A stretch of DNA of 64,000 nt from NCBI GenBank assembly GCA_963803975.1, contig CAWDOY010000042.1, forward strand, positions 1 to 64,000. The letters are read 5' to 3'. Under the pieces are notes generated by a model. That model was not told the origin of the DNA. It saw only the letters and a list, made by a program, of their open reading frames with translations, and searched no databases. Position 1 is the stretch's first letter. The number at the start of each line of letters is the position of its first letter. Positions 48,484 to 58,769 of this stretch are shown here, piece after piece. This DNA is from an uncultured delta proteobacterium (GTDB lineage: Bacteria > Desulfobacterota > WTBG01 > CAIYCZ01). A program made the translations under genes and the position numbers.

Positions 48484-49922
48484 TTGAGTCCGCGAGTGTT
48501 CATCTCCTACAGCTGGTCATCACCGGGGCACCAAGCTCGTATCCGCCAGTGGGCTGAGCAGATGGTGAGCGACGGCGTTGACGTCGTTCTCGATGTCTGG
48601 GACCTAAAGGAAGGAGATGACAAGTATGCGTTCATGGAGAAGATGGTCACGGATGAGTCTGTCACCCACGTGCTTGTCTTCTCCGATTCGGAATATGCCG
48701 CCAAAGCCGACGCCCGCAAGGCAGGTGTCGGTACCGAATCACAGATCATCTCGCGTGAGGTGTACTCGAAAGTTAAACAATCCAAGTTTATCCCGGTTGT
48801 CTGCGAATTCGACGACTCAGGCGAACCATTCCTGCCCACCTTCCTTAAGTCCCGTATCTGGATCGACTTCTCCAGCCCCGAGGCTAGCGAACGAGAACTG
48901 GGAGCAACTGATCCGGCTCCTCTATGGCAAGCCGGCTCACGAGAAGCCGACTCTGGGAAAGGCGCCCACCTACGTCACAACGGATGTCACTGTTCCCGCC
49001 AGCCCAGCGGTTGCGAAGTTCGCGGCACTTAAGCAGGCCATCATTCAGGAAAAGCGGGGACTGAAGCTTTATCGGCAGGACTTTCTCGACGCGTGTTACG
49101 TTTACTGCGGATGCTCTGCGCATCAGAGAGCGGCCTGACGTCACGAACATGGGCGAGCGGGTTTTGGAGGACTGCGGAAAACTCAAACTCGTGCGCGACC
49201 ATATCGTGGATTGGGTCTTGCTCGAATCCGAGGTCAATCCCTCAGAAGAGTTCGGCGAGGCGCTAATTGCCATGCTTGAGCGGTTGCTTGAACTCAAGTC
49301 CAGGCCGCCAGAAGTCAATTCTTGGAGCGACGTGTGGTTCGAGGCGCATCGTGTGTTCGTCTACGAGACCTTCCTCTACATCGTATCGCTGCTCTGATCA
49401 AGACCGGCTCGTTCGGTATTCTTCACCTTATTCTCACTAGCCACTATCTCTTGCCGGAGACAGAGGCGCATGGACCCGAACCGATTCGTCACGTTCGACG
49501 CATTCTACGGCTACTCCGAGACGCTACAGGTGCTCGCGCCCGAAGGACAGAAGCTCTACGCACCTGCGGCAGAGCTTATCAAGCGACAGGCGGATCGCAC
49601 GGACTTGCCTTTCGCAGAGGTTATGCAGGCAGAGTTGCTCGTCCTGATGATGGCTTTCATCACCGATGGCGCTCGGTGGTATCCACAGACACTTCACTAT
49701 TCATCGCGTGCAGGCGCATTCCCGTTCTTCGTGAGGGCTGCACAGCACCGCAACTTCCAGAAGCTCGCAAAGATCACAGGAATTGAGAGCGCAGACAAAC
49801 TTCGTGAAGCCGTGAAAGCAGGGCATCAGCGGTTGGATGTGAACCAGTGGCACAACTTCTGGATGAACGATCGATCGTTCTGGGACAGCATGAACATGGA
49901 TGCACTGGATACGCTTAAGTGA
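48484..49922 (+). CDS. Cassette 2: SEFIR/TIR-domain protein (several frameshifts)
   Basis: PRVFISYSW...DGVDVVLDVWDLKEGDD...FME...YAAKAD.RKAGVGTE..KFIPVV; helical C-terminus spread over ORFs 48617, 49149, 49322 and 49470. Confidence 0.85.
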
Positions 49923-49975
49923 GCTAACAACAGCATGCAGCGGACGGCGCCGCGCGCCGCCGCTGAGCGTTATGC
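49922..49975 (+). repeat. attC site 2
   Basis: AGCTAAC AACAGCATGCAGCGGACGGCG...CGCCGCCGCTGAGC GTTATGC; the right arm looks about 6 nt short. Confidence 0.85.
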
Positions 49976-50015
49976 AGGATATAAAACTGAAATAAAAAAA
50001 TATTGAGAATAAATT

Positions 50016-51226
50016 ATGACTAAATTAACAATTCGAGAAATAATAAAGGAAGTACCTGATATCCAGACTGTGATTTTGCCAACCCATTGGTTTGATGATC
50101 TAAGTGATAGCCAATCAGTTTTTGCTTCTTTATATTATTGGATGCTGAAAAATAGCCAAGTGCCTTCAGATAACAAAGATTCCTTGCACAATAGAACTTA
50201 CGTTGGCGAAAAATTATTTAATAAATTTATTGCTGCAGAAAAAAAACGCCTTAGCAAAACGCTCAAGATTAAAGGAAACGAGTTGGAACATGCGGTTTCT
50301 TGGTCAGATATCAATTCAGGACCAAAAACAGAGATCGGTGGCTGCAGCATTAACGGGGATGTGATTCTTGTAATACCTGAGTCGAGCAGACAAGCGCTTG
50401 GGGAATTTTCTTTAAAGATTTACAAAAGAGAACGGGATACAGCAATTAAAAAAATCAAAGCTAGTGCTGCTGGCGCTACATTTTATCAATGGTTGCTTCC
50501 TCAAATTGAACGACCTGATCCAGTTGGAGATATTGCAAGAGATGCAGTCGGTGACGAACATTTTCCTCGCGAAAGCAACCATTACGAGGAAATAAGATCG
50601 TATTTAGACTCTTAAGGTAGAAATTCTGCAGCAATTGAAAGCTTGAAAGAAGGCTGGCTAGAATATATTCAAAAATATCCAGAACGAGTACAACCATATG
50701 CATGGTGCAGTGCCTGTGGTGCGAAGATAAATGTTGAAAATGCTTTACTCGCATTAAACTTGGATACGCAAGAACTACTAATTTATGATGAGAAATGCCT
50801 CAATGATTTCAAGCAATATGATGATTTCTTATCGCGTCCCTTATTGGGAATAACCCATGACGAACTCAAAAGATTAGCTGTAAAGTACGAGGTGAGCGAA
50901 TATCAAGCTGCGGTATTACTTGAGTGCTTTAATTTGTGGGGCATTATGCCTGCCAATCATTGAATATTGTTTTGCAAGACCACTCAATGTTGTAAATAGC
51001 TGGTCGTTCGATCTCCAATTCGAAGAGGTATGACGTTATGAGACGGGGCAATTTTCAATGTGTACTATGTGGTGCAGGCGGCAATGAAGCTAAGCTCGAA
51101 ATTGATCACATAATCCCAGTCTCGCGAGGTGGTACGGATACCATAAGCAATCTTCAGTGCTTATGCTTTAAATGCAATCGCGGGAAACACGCAAAAACAG
51201 AACCGATAAACAATATGTTAGAATGA
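50016..51226 (+). CDS. Cassette 3: YozE/SAM-like domain + CxxC + C-terminal HNH endonuclease (probably one frameshifted gene)
   Basis: TFYQWLL...DPVGDIARD...D..FP (YozE-like); CSACG; CVLCG....LEIDHIIPVSRGGTDTISNLQCLCFKCNRGK. Confidence 0.75.
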
Positions 51227-51244
51227 AGATAAATTAGATAGAAG

Positions 51245-51302
51245 ACATAACAAAATCACTTCAGCCGACCGCATCCGCTGCGGCTGACTTTTAGCGTTAG
51301 CT
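51245..51302 (+). repeat. attC site 3
   Basis: ACATAAC AAAATCACTTCAGCCGACCGCATCCGCTGCGGCTGACTTTTAGC GTTAGCT. Confidence 0.88.
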
Positions 51303-51325
51303 CTCTAAAATCAAAGTATTAACCA

Positions 51326-51844
51326 ATGGAAACAACGAGAAAAAAAGCTTTGGAAATCATGCAAAAGGGGCTGGTTTCCTACAAACTCCTGAGTGAAGGC
51401 TGGTATGTTAGCGATCATTTCGGCGATGGTTGTGACCTAATTGCAGAAAAAGCTGGTAGATTCGTAAAAATTGAACTCAAAGCCATTGATCTTAACAGCA
51501 TAAAAAAAGGCGATAATGCAACACAACACCTGTCAGCAAATGAAATAGTTACCGCCACACATCTTATTATAACTGTATTTAAAGGCATTGAAATGAAAGA
51601 TAACTACATAATGAACATTCGCCAGTTTGTGGAAAACTCAGGCGTAAAGAAATATAACAACTATAGTAGCTTTGGAGAATTTATTGAGAAATACAAGAAA
51701 TTGGCTGCGGCAAAGTCCCAACAGGTGAAAAACTTTAGAGTGAAAAAAAACGATTGGATTTTGATTTTAATTTTAATCCCCGCAATACTGAAAAATGGAA
51801 ACTATCCAAGATTTAAAAACCACTGGGGAAACATAGAATTGTAA
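51326..51844 (+). CDS. Cassette 4: PD-(D/E)xK nuclease-fold protein
   Basis: V.YKL...GW.V.....GCDLIAEK.GRFVKIELKA; AT-rich. Confidence 0.7.
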   Translation: METTRKKALEIMQKGLVSYKLLSEGWYVSDHFGDGCDLIAEKAGRFVKIELKAIDLNSIKKGDNATQHLSANEIVTATHLIITVFKGIEMKDNYIMNIRQFVENSGVKKYNNYSSFGEFIEKYKKLAAAKSQQVKNFRVKKNDWILILILIPAILKNGNYPRFKNHWGNIEL

Positions 51845-51846
51845 AG

Positions 51847-51905
51847 AGCTAACAAAGCCGTCGACCGGACGCCGGGGAAAGCGCGGCGGGGCCTCGCGGT
51901 AGGAG
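51847..51905 (+). repeat. Truncated attC site 4 (left half only)
   Basis: AGAGCTAAC (complement of GTTAGCTCT at 51296) followed by AAAGCCGTCGACCGGACG; no matching right arm. Confidence 0.65.
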
Positions 51906-52179
51906 GGGAAGAATGGGTCACCCATTAAAGGTTCCTTGTCAAGAGAATAGAGTTCTCCTGTGACAAAAAGCTATGCTGTTTTGCCTTGGAGGGGAAGAAT
52001 GGGGTCAAATCTTTATCTTGACACCATGACGGCCCCTAAGATTAATAAGGCGTTCCTTGGAAAATGAACCCAATTTGCTATTCAGTTTTATTACATGGAT
52101 TTCAGCAGTTATTCAAAGATTTACGATTATGACAATATCCTTATTCACTATCTCATGAAAGGACAAATGAGCTAGAGTA

Positions 52180-52241
52180 GCATATCAACGGCATTAAGGG
52201 CGACGGCAAAAAGCTGCCGCGCCTTATGCCAGGCGTATCTC
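52180..52241 (+). repeat. Degenerate attC site 5
   Basis: GCATATC AACGGCATTAAGGGCGACGGC AAAAAGCT GCCGCGCCTTATGCC AGGC GTATCTC. Confidence 0.65.
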
Positions 52242-52261
52242 ACTAAGGCGTGAGGTTTTTT

Positions 52262-52610
52262 ATGGAACTAGTTTATATCTCTAAACGATCTTTTAAGAAT
52301 ACATGGCAGGAATATCGCGTGTACCCCAATCGGCTGGAACTCCAGTTTTGGCTCGGTTTGACAGACTATCGTGATCCCGTTCGAGAACATTGATGCAATT
52401 GAAATTCGTCCACCTTTTTCTGCTTGGGACCTTTTCAGGGGCAAGGGTTTCATTTTTTCATTCCCTTTGAAAATTGATGCGGCGGATATTTTTCGGCATC
52501 TCGCAATCAAACGCAAGAAGGGAGTTTTCAAACACATTAGGTTTACACCTGATGACCCGGAGAATTTTTTATCTGTTGTCAAATCTCATGCCGGTAATAT
52601 TGATAAATGA
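52262..52610 (+). CDS. Small PH-domain-like hypothetical protein (frameshift ~52360); probable last cassette
   Basis: MELVYISKRSFKNTWQEYRVYPNRLEL joins IPFENIDAIEIR...RFTPDDPENF. Confidence 0.55.
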
Positions 52611-52642
52611 TAAACAAGACCTGCAGAAGGAGGAGAATAATC

Positions 52643-53316
52643 ATGGCACGCTTGACCGAGGACTTTCTTTCCCACTTTTATTACGGGCTGAGAGAAGATT
52701 ATGTGGAACGGGTGCAGGGAGCAAAGAAACCGCTCTCAGAGGTATTCCTGGGATTGACCAGAAACAATCCGGTGCTGGTTACCTGCGATAAAAATTGTAT
52801 CCCCAACGGCGCGGTCAAAAGTGTCGGCTACAATCTCAAGGAGAAACTACCTGCAGGAGGCAATTGAAGCCTATGACAGCTTCCTTGCCCGAAGGTGGCA
52901 GAAGATACGGGAGCTGATGGGCGTCGGGTATGAGGGCGAGGGCTGGGTCTATTCACCGAATCCGGAGTTTATTGTGGACGGCCTTAAACATTCTCTCAAA
53001 TATCTCTATTTTCCCAAAGAAGAGGCTGAGCAGCGAATAGACTTTGAACAGCTTGGCACCCTGGAAGGCTTTGGCAGGAAAACCTGGGAGAATATTCAGC
53101 AGAATAAAAAAGTTGCCATTGTCGTACTATTATCCGCCCGGAATTCATTTCCAGGTAAACTGCACGGTAGAGGTGCAGAAGTCAGGGCTTATCCGGGATT
53201 TTATCAACCGGGCAGCCTGCGCTGCCCATGGCGAGAACCCGGCAAAATGGCCCTGGCGCACAGCCTACATCTTTCACGTGGAGGACGTGATAGACAAGAG
53301 CGTGTATCCGAAATGA
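52643..53316 (+). CDS. FMN-binding split-barrel-like hypothetical protein (two frameshifts)
   Basis: AGGAGGAG RBS; P.LVT....PNGAVK, KTWENIQQNKKV, FQVNCTVE and AYIFHVEDVID. Confidence 0.6.
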
Positions 53317-53418
53317 TTGTAAAGCTATAAGCTCTCAGCTGACAGCTATCAGCCGCAATGTTAGATAAAAAATACCGCGGTCAATTTTAAAAACACTTTT
53401 TCTGAATGAGGAACTTAT

Positions 53419-54183
53419 ATGAATACTATTAAAATCATGCCCTGCCTGGATATGAAAGACGGCCGGGTGGTCAAGGGTATCCATTTTGTAGACATCAAGG
53501 ATGCCGGAGACCCGGCGGCACATGCTGAATTTTACCAAAAAGAAGGCGCTGATGAGCTTGCGATGCTCGATATTGCCGCGACCCTTGAGAACCGCAAAAC
53601 CCGGCTGGAGTGGGTTAAGAATGTCTCGTCGGTTATTGATATACCGCTCACCGTCGGCGGCGGTATCGGCAGCATTGATGATATTGAACAGGTGCTTGCG
53701 GCAGGAGCTGACAAGGTCTCCATGAACAGCGCAGCGGTGAAATCACCGCAGCTGGTACGGGAGGCGGCAGGAAAGTTCGGTTCAGAAAAAATCGTCGTTG
53801 CCATTGACGGCCGCCGCAACAAAGATATGCCGTCCGGGTTTGAAGTGGTGGTATCGGGCGGCACCAAACCTGCCGGCAGAGATGCTGTTGTCTGGGCACG
53901 AGAGTGCCAGAAGCTGGGAGCGGGGGTGATTCTGCCCACCAGCATGGATGGTGATGGAACCCGTGCAGGGTATGATCTTGCTTTCACACGGGCAATTGCC
54001 GATGCGGTTGACCTACCGGTTATTGCGTCAGGCGGGGCAGGGACGCTTGAACATTTTTATGAGGGCGTGGTGAAGGGCGGCGCTGATATCCTGCTGGCAG
54101 CCTCGGTGTTTCATTTCCGCATTTTCAGCATTAAAGAAGTTAAAGAGTACCTGAAGAGTAAGGGGCTGCAGGTTAATCTCTAA
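53419..54183 (+). CDS. hisF: Imidazole glycerol phosphate synthase cyclase subunit
   Basis: PCLD..DGRVVKG, GADEL..LDI.A, PLTVGGGI, TSMD.DGT..GYD, PVIASGGAG and LAASVFH motifs. Confidence 0.97.
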   Translation: MNTIKIMPCLDMKDGRVVKGIHFVDIKDAGDPAAHAEFYQKEGADELAMLDIAATLENRKTRLEWVKNVSSVIDIPLTVGGGIGSIDDIEQVLAAGADKVSMNSAAVKSPQLVREAAGKFGSEKIVVAIDGRRNKDMPSGFEVVVSGGTKPAGRDAVVWARECQKLGAGVILPTSMDGDGTRAGYDLAFTRAIADAVDLPVIASGGAGTLEHFYEGVVKGGADILLAASVFHFRIFSIKEVKEYLKSKGLQVNL

Positions 54184-54335
54184 CAGGCTGTTGAAAAACA
54201 CCCATCTGCTTTGTTGCGCTCATCCTTCGTCATTGCGACGTACTGTAATGTACGCCTCATTCCTCAGGATTTCGCGCGCCTTGCATCCGGATGTTTTTGA
54301 CCAGCCTGGGAGAAAACTACTTTTTCAACAACCGG
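54184..54335 (-). mobile_element. MITE copy (inverted) with CTAA target-site duplication
   Basis: CTAA|CAGGCTGTTGAAAAACACCCATCTGC...TTTTTCAACAACCGG|CTAA; starts right after the hisF stop. Confidence 0.88.
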
Positions 54336-54350
54336 CTAAAATAAAAGCAT

Positions 54351-54396
54351 AAAAAAACAGGGGGCGGCAGTTATTTATAGCTCTGCCGCTCCCTGC
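54351..54396 (-). terminator. Intrinsic terminator for the AOR-2 operon
   Basis: A7 followed by the CAGGGGGCGGCAG/CTGCCGCTCCCTG stem. Confidence 0.6.
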
Positions 54397-54432
54397 TCCA
54401 TGTTTTAACTGGATTAGAGCGCTTCTCCGGCG

Positions 54433-56515
54433 CTATCCCTGCCCCAGGCGGTTATTTTTTTCGAGTTCATCCGCAACATAACCTAATGCGAGTGATTCCA
54501 GTGTCGCTCTGGAAGGATAACCGGTAGCCGTGTCCCACCCCTGCATTTTATAAAATAAGGTTTTGAACTCTTCAAACTTTTGTCTGTCTACGATCCTGGG
54601 TTCAATGCCACTGGCATTCCACGAACCTTCTTTTCTAACGAAAAAAGTTTTATCCGTTCTGCCGGCGGGGATGTCGTAGATATAGTCGGCATACTGCACC
54701 ATATCCCGGTGCCGGCCCTGCAACGTCCAGATGGCATGATCAAGGTTCCATATTTTTCTGCCAAGCTCTATGCCGTCAAGGAACGTAAAATTTTTACCGG
54801 TCACGATATTAAAGAACAAGGGTTCTGCTTCGCCGGTGGACCCTATCATATCAGGGGCATAGGAATTGATAAAGTCCGGCCAGCGATTGTCGCACAACAG
54901 CATCGACTGTTTCCAGAACCGGGTGTAGTAGCGGTGCCAGGACACCAGCTTTGCCATATGTTCCGAATACATGTTATCGGTACTGAAATCGAGCATGAGC
55001 CGGTCGTCCTGAAAGGGGACCATTTTATCGGTAACGATGTTGATGACTTCTTCGGGAGACAGCTGTTTTGCGCCGTTATAAAATATTTCCTTAAGAAAAA
55101 CATACAGCCGCATAATGTCATGCTCATTAATATCCCGGTCGCCTAAAATGGTGCCATACCCCCATTCGACCTGAATCCTCGGGTCAAAGTGAAAGGGGAA
55201 TCCCCAGTATGGATACTCAAGCTTGCCGGTCTTCAGGTCCTCTTCCAGCCTGCCCCATTTTTCTGCTGCCCTGACAGCTCCTTCGGCGATAATGTTGCCG
55301 CACTCGTGCTCGTTGCCGAGCCCGTCATTCCGGTAGGCTACCATCTTCAAAAACTGATCTATAAATTCAAGGCTCCCGATGTCAGCAAAATTGAGCGGGC
55401 AGTCAATCTCTTTCCCGGGGCCCAGAATTCCCTCTTTGTTGAGCTGCCGCATATAGGTATAGCACCCGTATGCTTCAAGACAGTTGATGCCGTATTTATT
55501 TAAAAGATCTACGGCCTGGTGGAGAATCTCGGCAGATTTTGCTGACAGATAAAATGTTGTTTCAGAACATGTTGCTTCGTTGCCAAGACCGCTTTCATAC
55601 CTCCTGCGGCAGCCTGAATGGCAGCCAATACATGCCTGAGGCCTCTGCCCGCTGCTATGCTTAAAGTTGGGAAAGCTTTCCCAGGTTGTTCCCTGACCGG
55701 GAGGGCTCTGAAACAAATTCGGGGTTCCGGCATCTTTGGGGTTATCAAAGTCATAAGCATACTGCGCTACCTGTTCAAGCCGTGCCTTAAACAATGCCTT
55801 GGGGTCAGAAATTGTGATACTGCCGGTTCCCATCACGCTGATGGCCTTCAGCTTTTTGGAACCCCACACTGCGCCGAATCCTCCCTGGCCGGAGGTATTG
55901 GATGCGCCATGCTGAAGTACTGCCATCCTGCTCAGATTTTCCCCGGCCGGGCCGATGGTCAGCACAGCAGGCCGCTGCGTGCTTCGTGCATCGCTCGCAC
56001 TGTCAGGGCTCACCCAGGTATGCATAGCTGCCGCTTCCTGCAATATAATCGCAGATAATCTCCTGGCTTTCCCAGGCATCCTTGCCCCATAGCGATAAAT
56101 CACTGCAGTCCCTGATCGTTACCTCTCCGTCTCTGATGTCAATCCAGGCCGGGGTGTCTGCCGCACCTTCAATGGCGATCCCGTCCCATCCGGCAAACTT
56201 GAGCATCGTGGAAAACCGCCCGCCGAAACCGCTTCTGGTGAACCACTCCACCGGGTACGGCTGCGCCCCGATGCCCTGAACTTCAGTTCTTGACGAGCAG
56301 CCCGGTGCCATGGTTCCTGACAGCGGAGAAGTCATGATGGTCACCACGTTGGCGGGGTCAAACGCGCTGATTGTTTTGTCCTTCACCAGATCAAAGAAAA
56401 TCGCCGAGCCAATGCCGTGCCCGCCGCCCCACTGCTCATAATCGCTGGTAGGTATGGAAGAGATGCTTTTTGTGGTTAAATTTACCCGCAATATTTTTCC
56501 TGCATATCCGTACAT
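54433..56515 (-). CDS. Aldehyde:ferredoxin oxidoreductase family protein AOR-2 (YdhV-like); frameshift ~56020
   Basis: MYGYAGKILRVNLT, GGRF..MLKFAGWDGI.IEG, IGPAGENL, G.GAVWGSKKLKAI, CIGCHSGC and FYKMQGWD..TGYP motifs. Confidence 0.9.
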
Positions 56516-56566
56516 TGTTTATCCTCCGCTCTGCTTATTAGTGCATTGCCGTCGCGATTGTTTGCC

Positions 56567-57244
56567 TCAAGACCTGGGGAATCCCAGCTTTTCCCATTGC
56601 TCGTCCCTCAGGTTTACGTTGTAGCCCTCGTCTCCCTGCTGGTCAGGTATCACTTTGGTGAAAATAATGGCGTTTACAGGGCATATCTCAAGGCAGGCTT
56701 TTTTGCCGTTGGGGCCGCCTTTTTCGCCCAGGTACGGCGAGTTGGCGCAGAGGTCGCATTTCTGGGAATGTTTTTCCTCGGCATTCCAGATGGCCCTGCT
56801 GGGCGGATAGGGGCAGGCATTGACGCATTGCTTGCAGCCGATACATTTTTTTATAGCAACTGTCGCTACATTGCCGGCAAACAGATCCCGGTGCAGGGCT
56901 CCGGTTGGACAAACTTTGAGGCAGGCAGCATCCACGCATTGCCGGCACTGGGATATAGTCAGGTCATCAGGCCATTTTTCAAAAGAGTTTTGCAGTACCT
57001 GGATTCGTGAGCGAGACATGCTGATAACACCTTCGTGAACCAGCGAGCAGGCCAGCATACATGATGCGCATCCCTGACACTTTTTCATGTCAACGAGCAG
57101 AAACCCCCAGGTCGCCTTGTTGTCGCCCGGGCCAATGCACCCTAACATGCCGGCCCCAATAATAGCCATGCCGGAGAATTTAATAAAATCTCTGCGTGAG
57201 ACAGTGATAATGTTTTTCTCTGTTTTTTTGACTATACTGCTCAT
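56567..57244 (-). CDS. Tat-exported 4Fe-4S (DmsB/NrfC-like) ferredoxin subunit
   Basis: SRRDFIK + h-region + MLGC; CQGCASCMLAC, CRQC....C..VCP, CIGCKQCVNACP and KCDLC...C...CP. Confidence 0.9.
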   Translation of the reverse strand: MSSIVKKTEKNIITVSRRDFIKFSGMAIIGAGMLGCIGPGDNKATWGFLLVDMKKCQGCASCMLACSLVHEGVISMSRSRIQVLQNSFEKWPDDLTISQCRQCVDAACLKVCPTGALHRDLFAGNVATVAIKKCIGCKQCVNACPYPPSRAIWNAEEKHSQKCDLCANSPYLGEKGGPNGKKACLEICPVNAIIFTKVIPDQQGDEGYNVNLRDEQWEKLGFPRS

Positions 57245-57702
57245 GGGCCCTCCTTATGCAGTACCAAGAGATGGGAAGTAAAGAGATGATTGTGTGATGG
57301 TCGGTTATACGCAACTGAGCTATTATATAACAGGTAATAACCGGTTTTAAAAGGTTAAAATTTATTGTGCCCGCAGATTGACACCCCATCTGCTTTTGAT
57401 ATTCGTTGTAACTTTACCCTCTTTGTGATTTAATTTCTTTCGCTGCAAGCGCTTCGGTAATGTTACTGGTTTTATGAAAAACATTGAACCACCAGGACAC
57501 GGAGACGCGCAAAAAGCGCAGAGTGTTGAGTCAAAGGCGGGAAAGGACGGGGGAATCGTGGCACGCTTGCGGTGAGGGTGCCGAACAGTGGCTTGTGACA
57601 ATTAAAGAAACCAGTTATCTCTGCGAACCCCGCGGACTCTGCGGTGAATGGAATTAATATTTTCGCTGTGTTCCCGCGCGATAGCTGCCGTAAAATAAGC
57701 TC

Positions 57703-57731
57703 TTGACAGAAAATTGCAGTTTCAATAAAAT
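57703..57731 (+). promoter_or_regulatory. Sigma-70 promoter of the ABC operon
   Basis: TTGACA-N17-TAAAAT. Confidence 0.7.
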
Positions 57732-57827
57732 CTGCTTTCTGAAACAAATCCACCCTCAGCAGTTCACTACCATTTCTTATTCATTAGAGGTTAATCTTTT
57801 ATTCCCGGGTGCAGGGAAAGGGTCACC

Positions 57828-58760
57828 ATGATTGAAGTTAACAATATAAGTAAAAGTTTTGGCCCGACACAGGCAGTAAAAAACGTCTCCTTTAATGTCA
57901 ACAAGGGTGAGGTGGTGGGGTTCCTGGGCCCTAACGGGGCCGGCAAATCAACCACCATGCGCATCCTTACCTGTTATCTGCCGGCTGATGCGGGCACGGC
58001 AAAAATTGCCGGCTTTGATGTTGCCACCCAGTCGTTAGAGGTGCGCAGGCGCATCGGCTATCTGCCGGAGAACAACCCGCTCTACATGGAAATGGGCGTG
58101 CTTGAATCGCTCTATTATATCGCCGCGCTGCGCGACATTCCGAAGGCCGCGCGGAAAGAAAAAATCAGGAAGGCATTAGACCTGTGCGGCCTCGAGCCGA
58201 TTTTGAGCAAGGACATCGGCGAGCTCTCCAAAGGATTCCGGCAGCGGCTGGGACTGGCCCAGGCCCTCATCCACGACCCGGATATCATGATTCTTGATGA
58301 GCCGACCATCGGCCTTGACCCCAACCAGATCATAGAGATCAGAAACCTGATCAAGTCAATCGGCAGGGAAAAGACCGTCATCCTGAGCTCCCACATCCTG
58401 CCTGAAGTTTCAGCCACCTGCGACCGGGTGCTCATCATAAACCGCGGCGAGATTGTCGGCAGCGGCACGCCCGGGGAGCTTGCTGCAATGGCAAAGGGCG
58501 GGCAGGCCGTTCACGCCAGCATTCGCGGCCCGCTTACTGACGTCACCGCGAAGCTTCAGTCTCTGGCCGGGGTGCGGGAGGTTTCTGTCACGGGGGAAGA
58601 CAATGGCATAACCCGCCTCACCATCAAGACCGATCCCGGCACTGATCTGTGTGAAGAAATATTTTCCCTGGTTTCCCGGAACAGCTGGAGCTTAAGCGAG
58701 CTGTACCGTGAAACAATAACCCTTGAAGACGTGTTCCGCGAGCTCACACGGGAGGGATAG
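57828..58760 (+). CDS. ABC transporter ATP-binding protein (GldA-like)
   Basis: GPNGAGKST, LSKGFRQR, ILDEPT.GLDP and SSHIL motifs. Confidence 0.93.
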   Translation: MIEVNNISKSFGPTQAVKNVSFNVNKGEVVGFLGPNGAGKSTTMRILTCYLPADAGTAKIAGFDVATQSLEVRRRIGYLPENNPLYMEMGVLESLYYIAALRDIPKAARKEKIRKALDLCGLEPILSKDIGELSKGFRQRLGLAQALIHDPDIMILDEPTIGLDPNQIIEIRNLIKSIGREKTVILSSHILPEVSATCDRVLIINRGEIVGSGTPGELAAMAKGGQAVHASIRGPLTDVTAKLQSLAGVREVSVTGEDNGITRLTIKTDPGTDLCEEIFSLVSRNSWSLSELYRETITLEDVFRELTREG

Positions 58761-58769
58761 GTACGCCGC

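Noticed and set aside
57304..57331. ModE-type Mo/W operator upstream of the AOR-2 operon
   Set aside because: The GTTATA/TATAAC half-sites are 16 nt apart, wider than the ModE box I recall; the right half is more simply a minus-strand TATAAT
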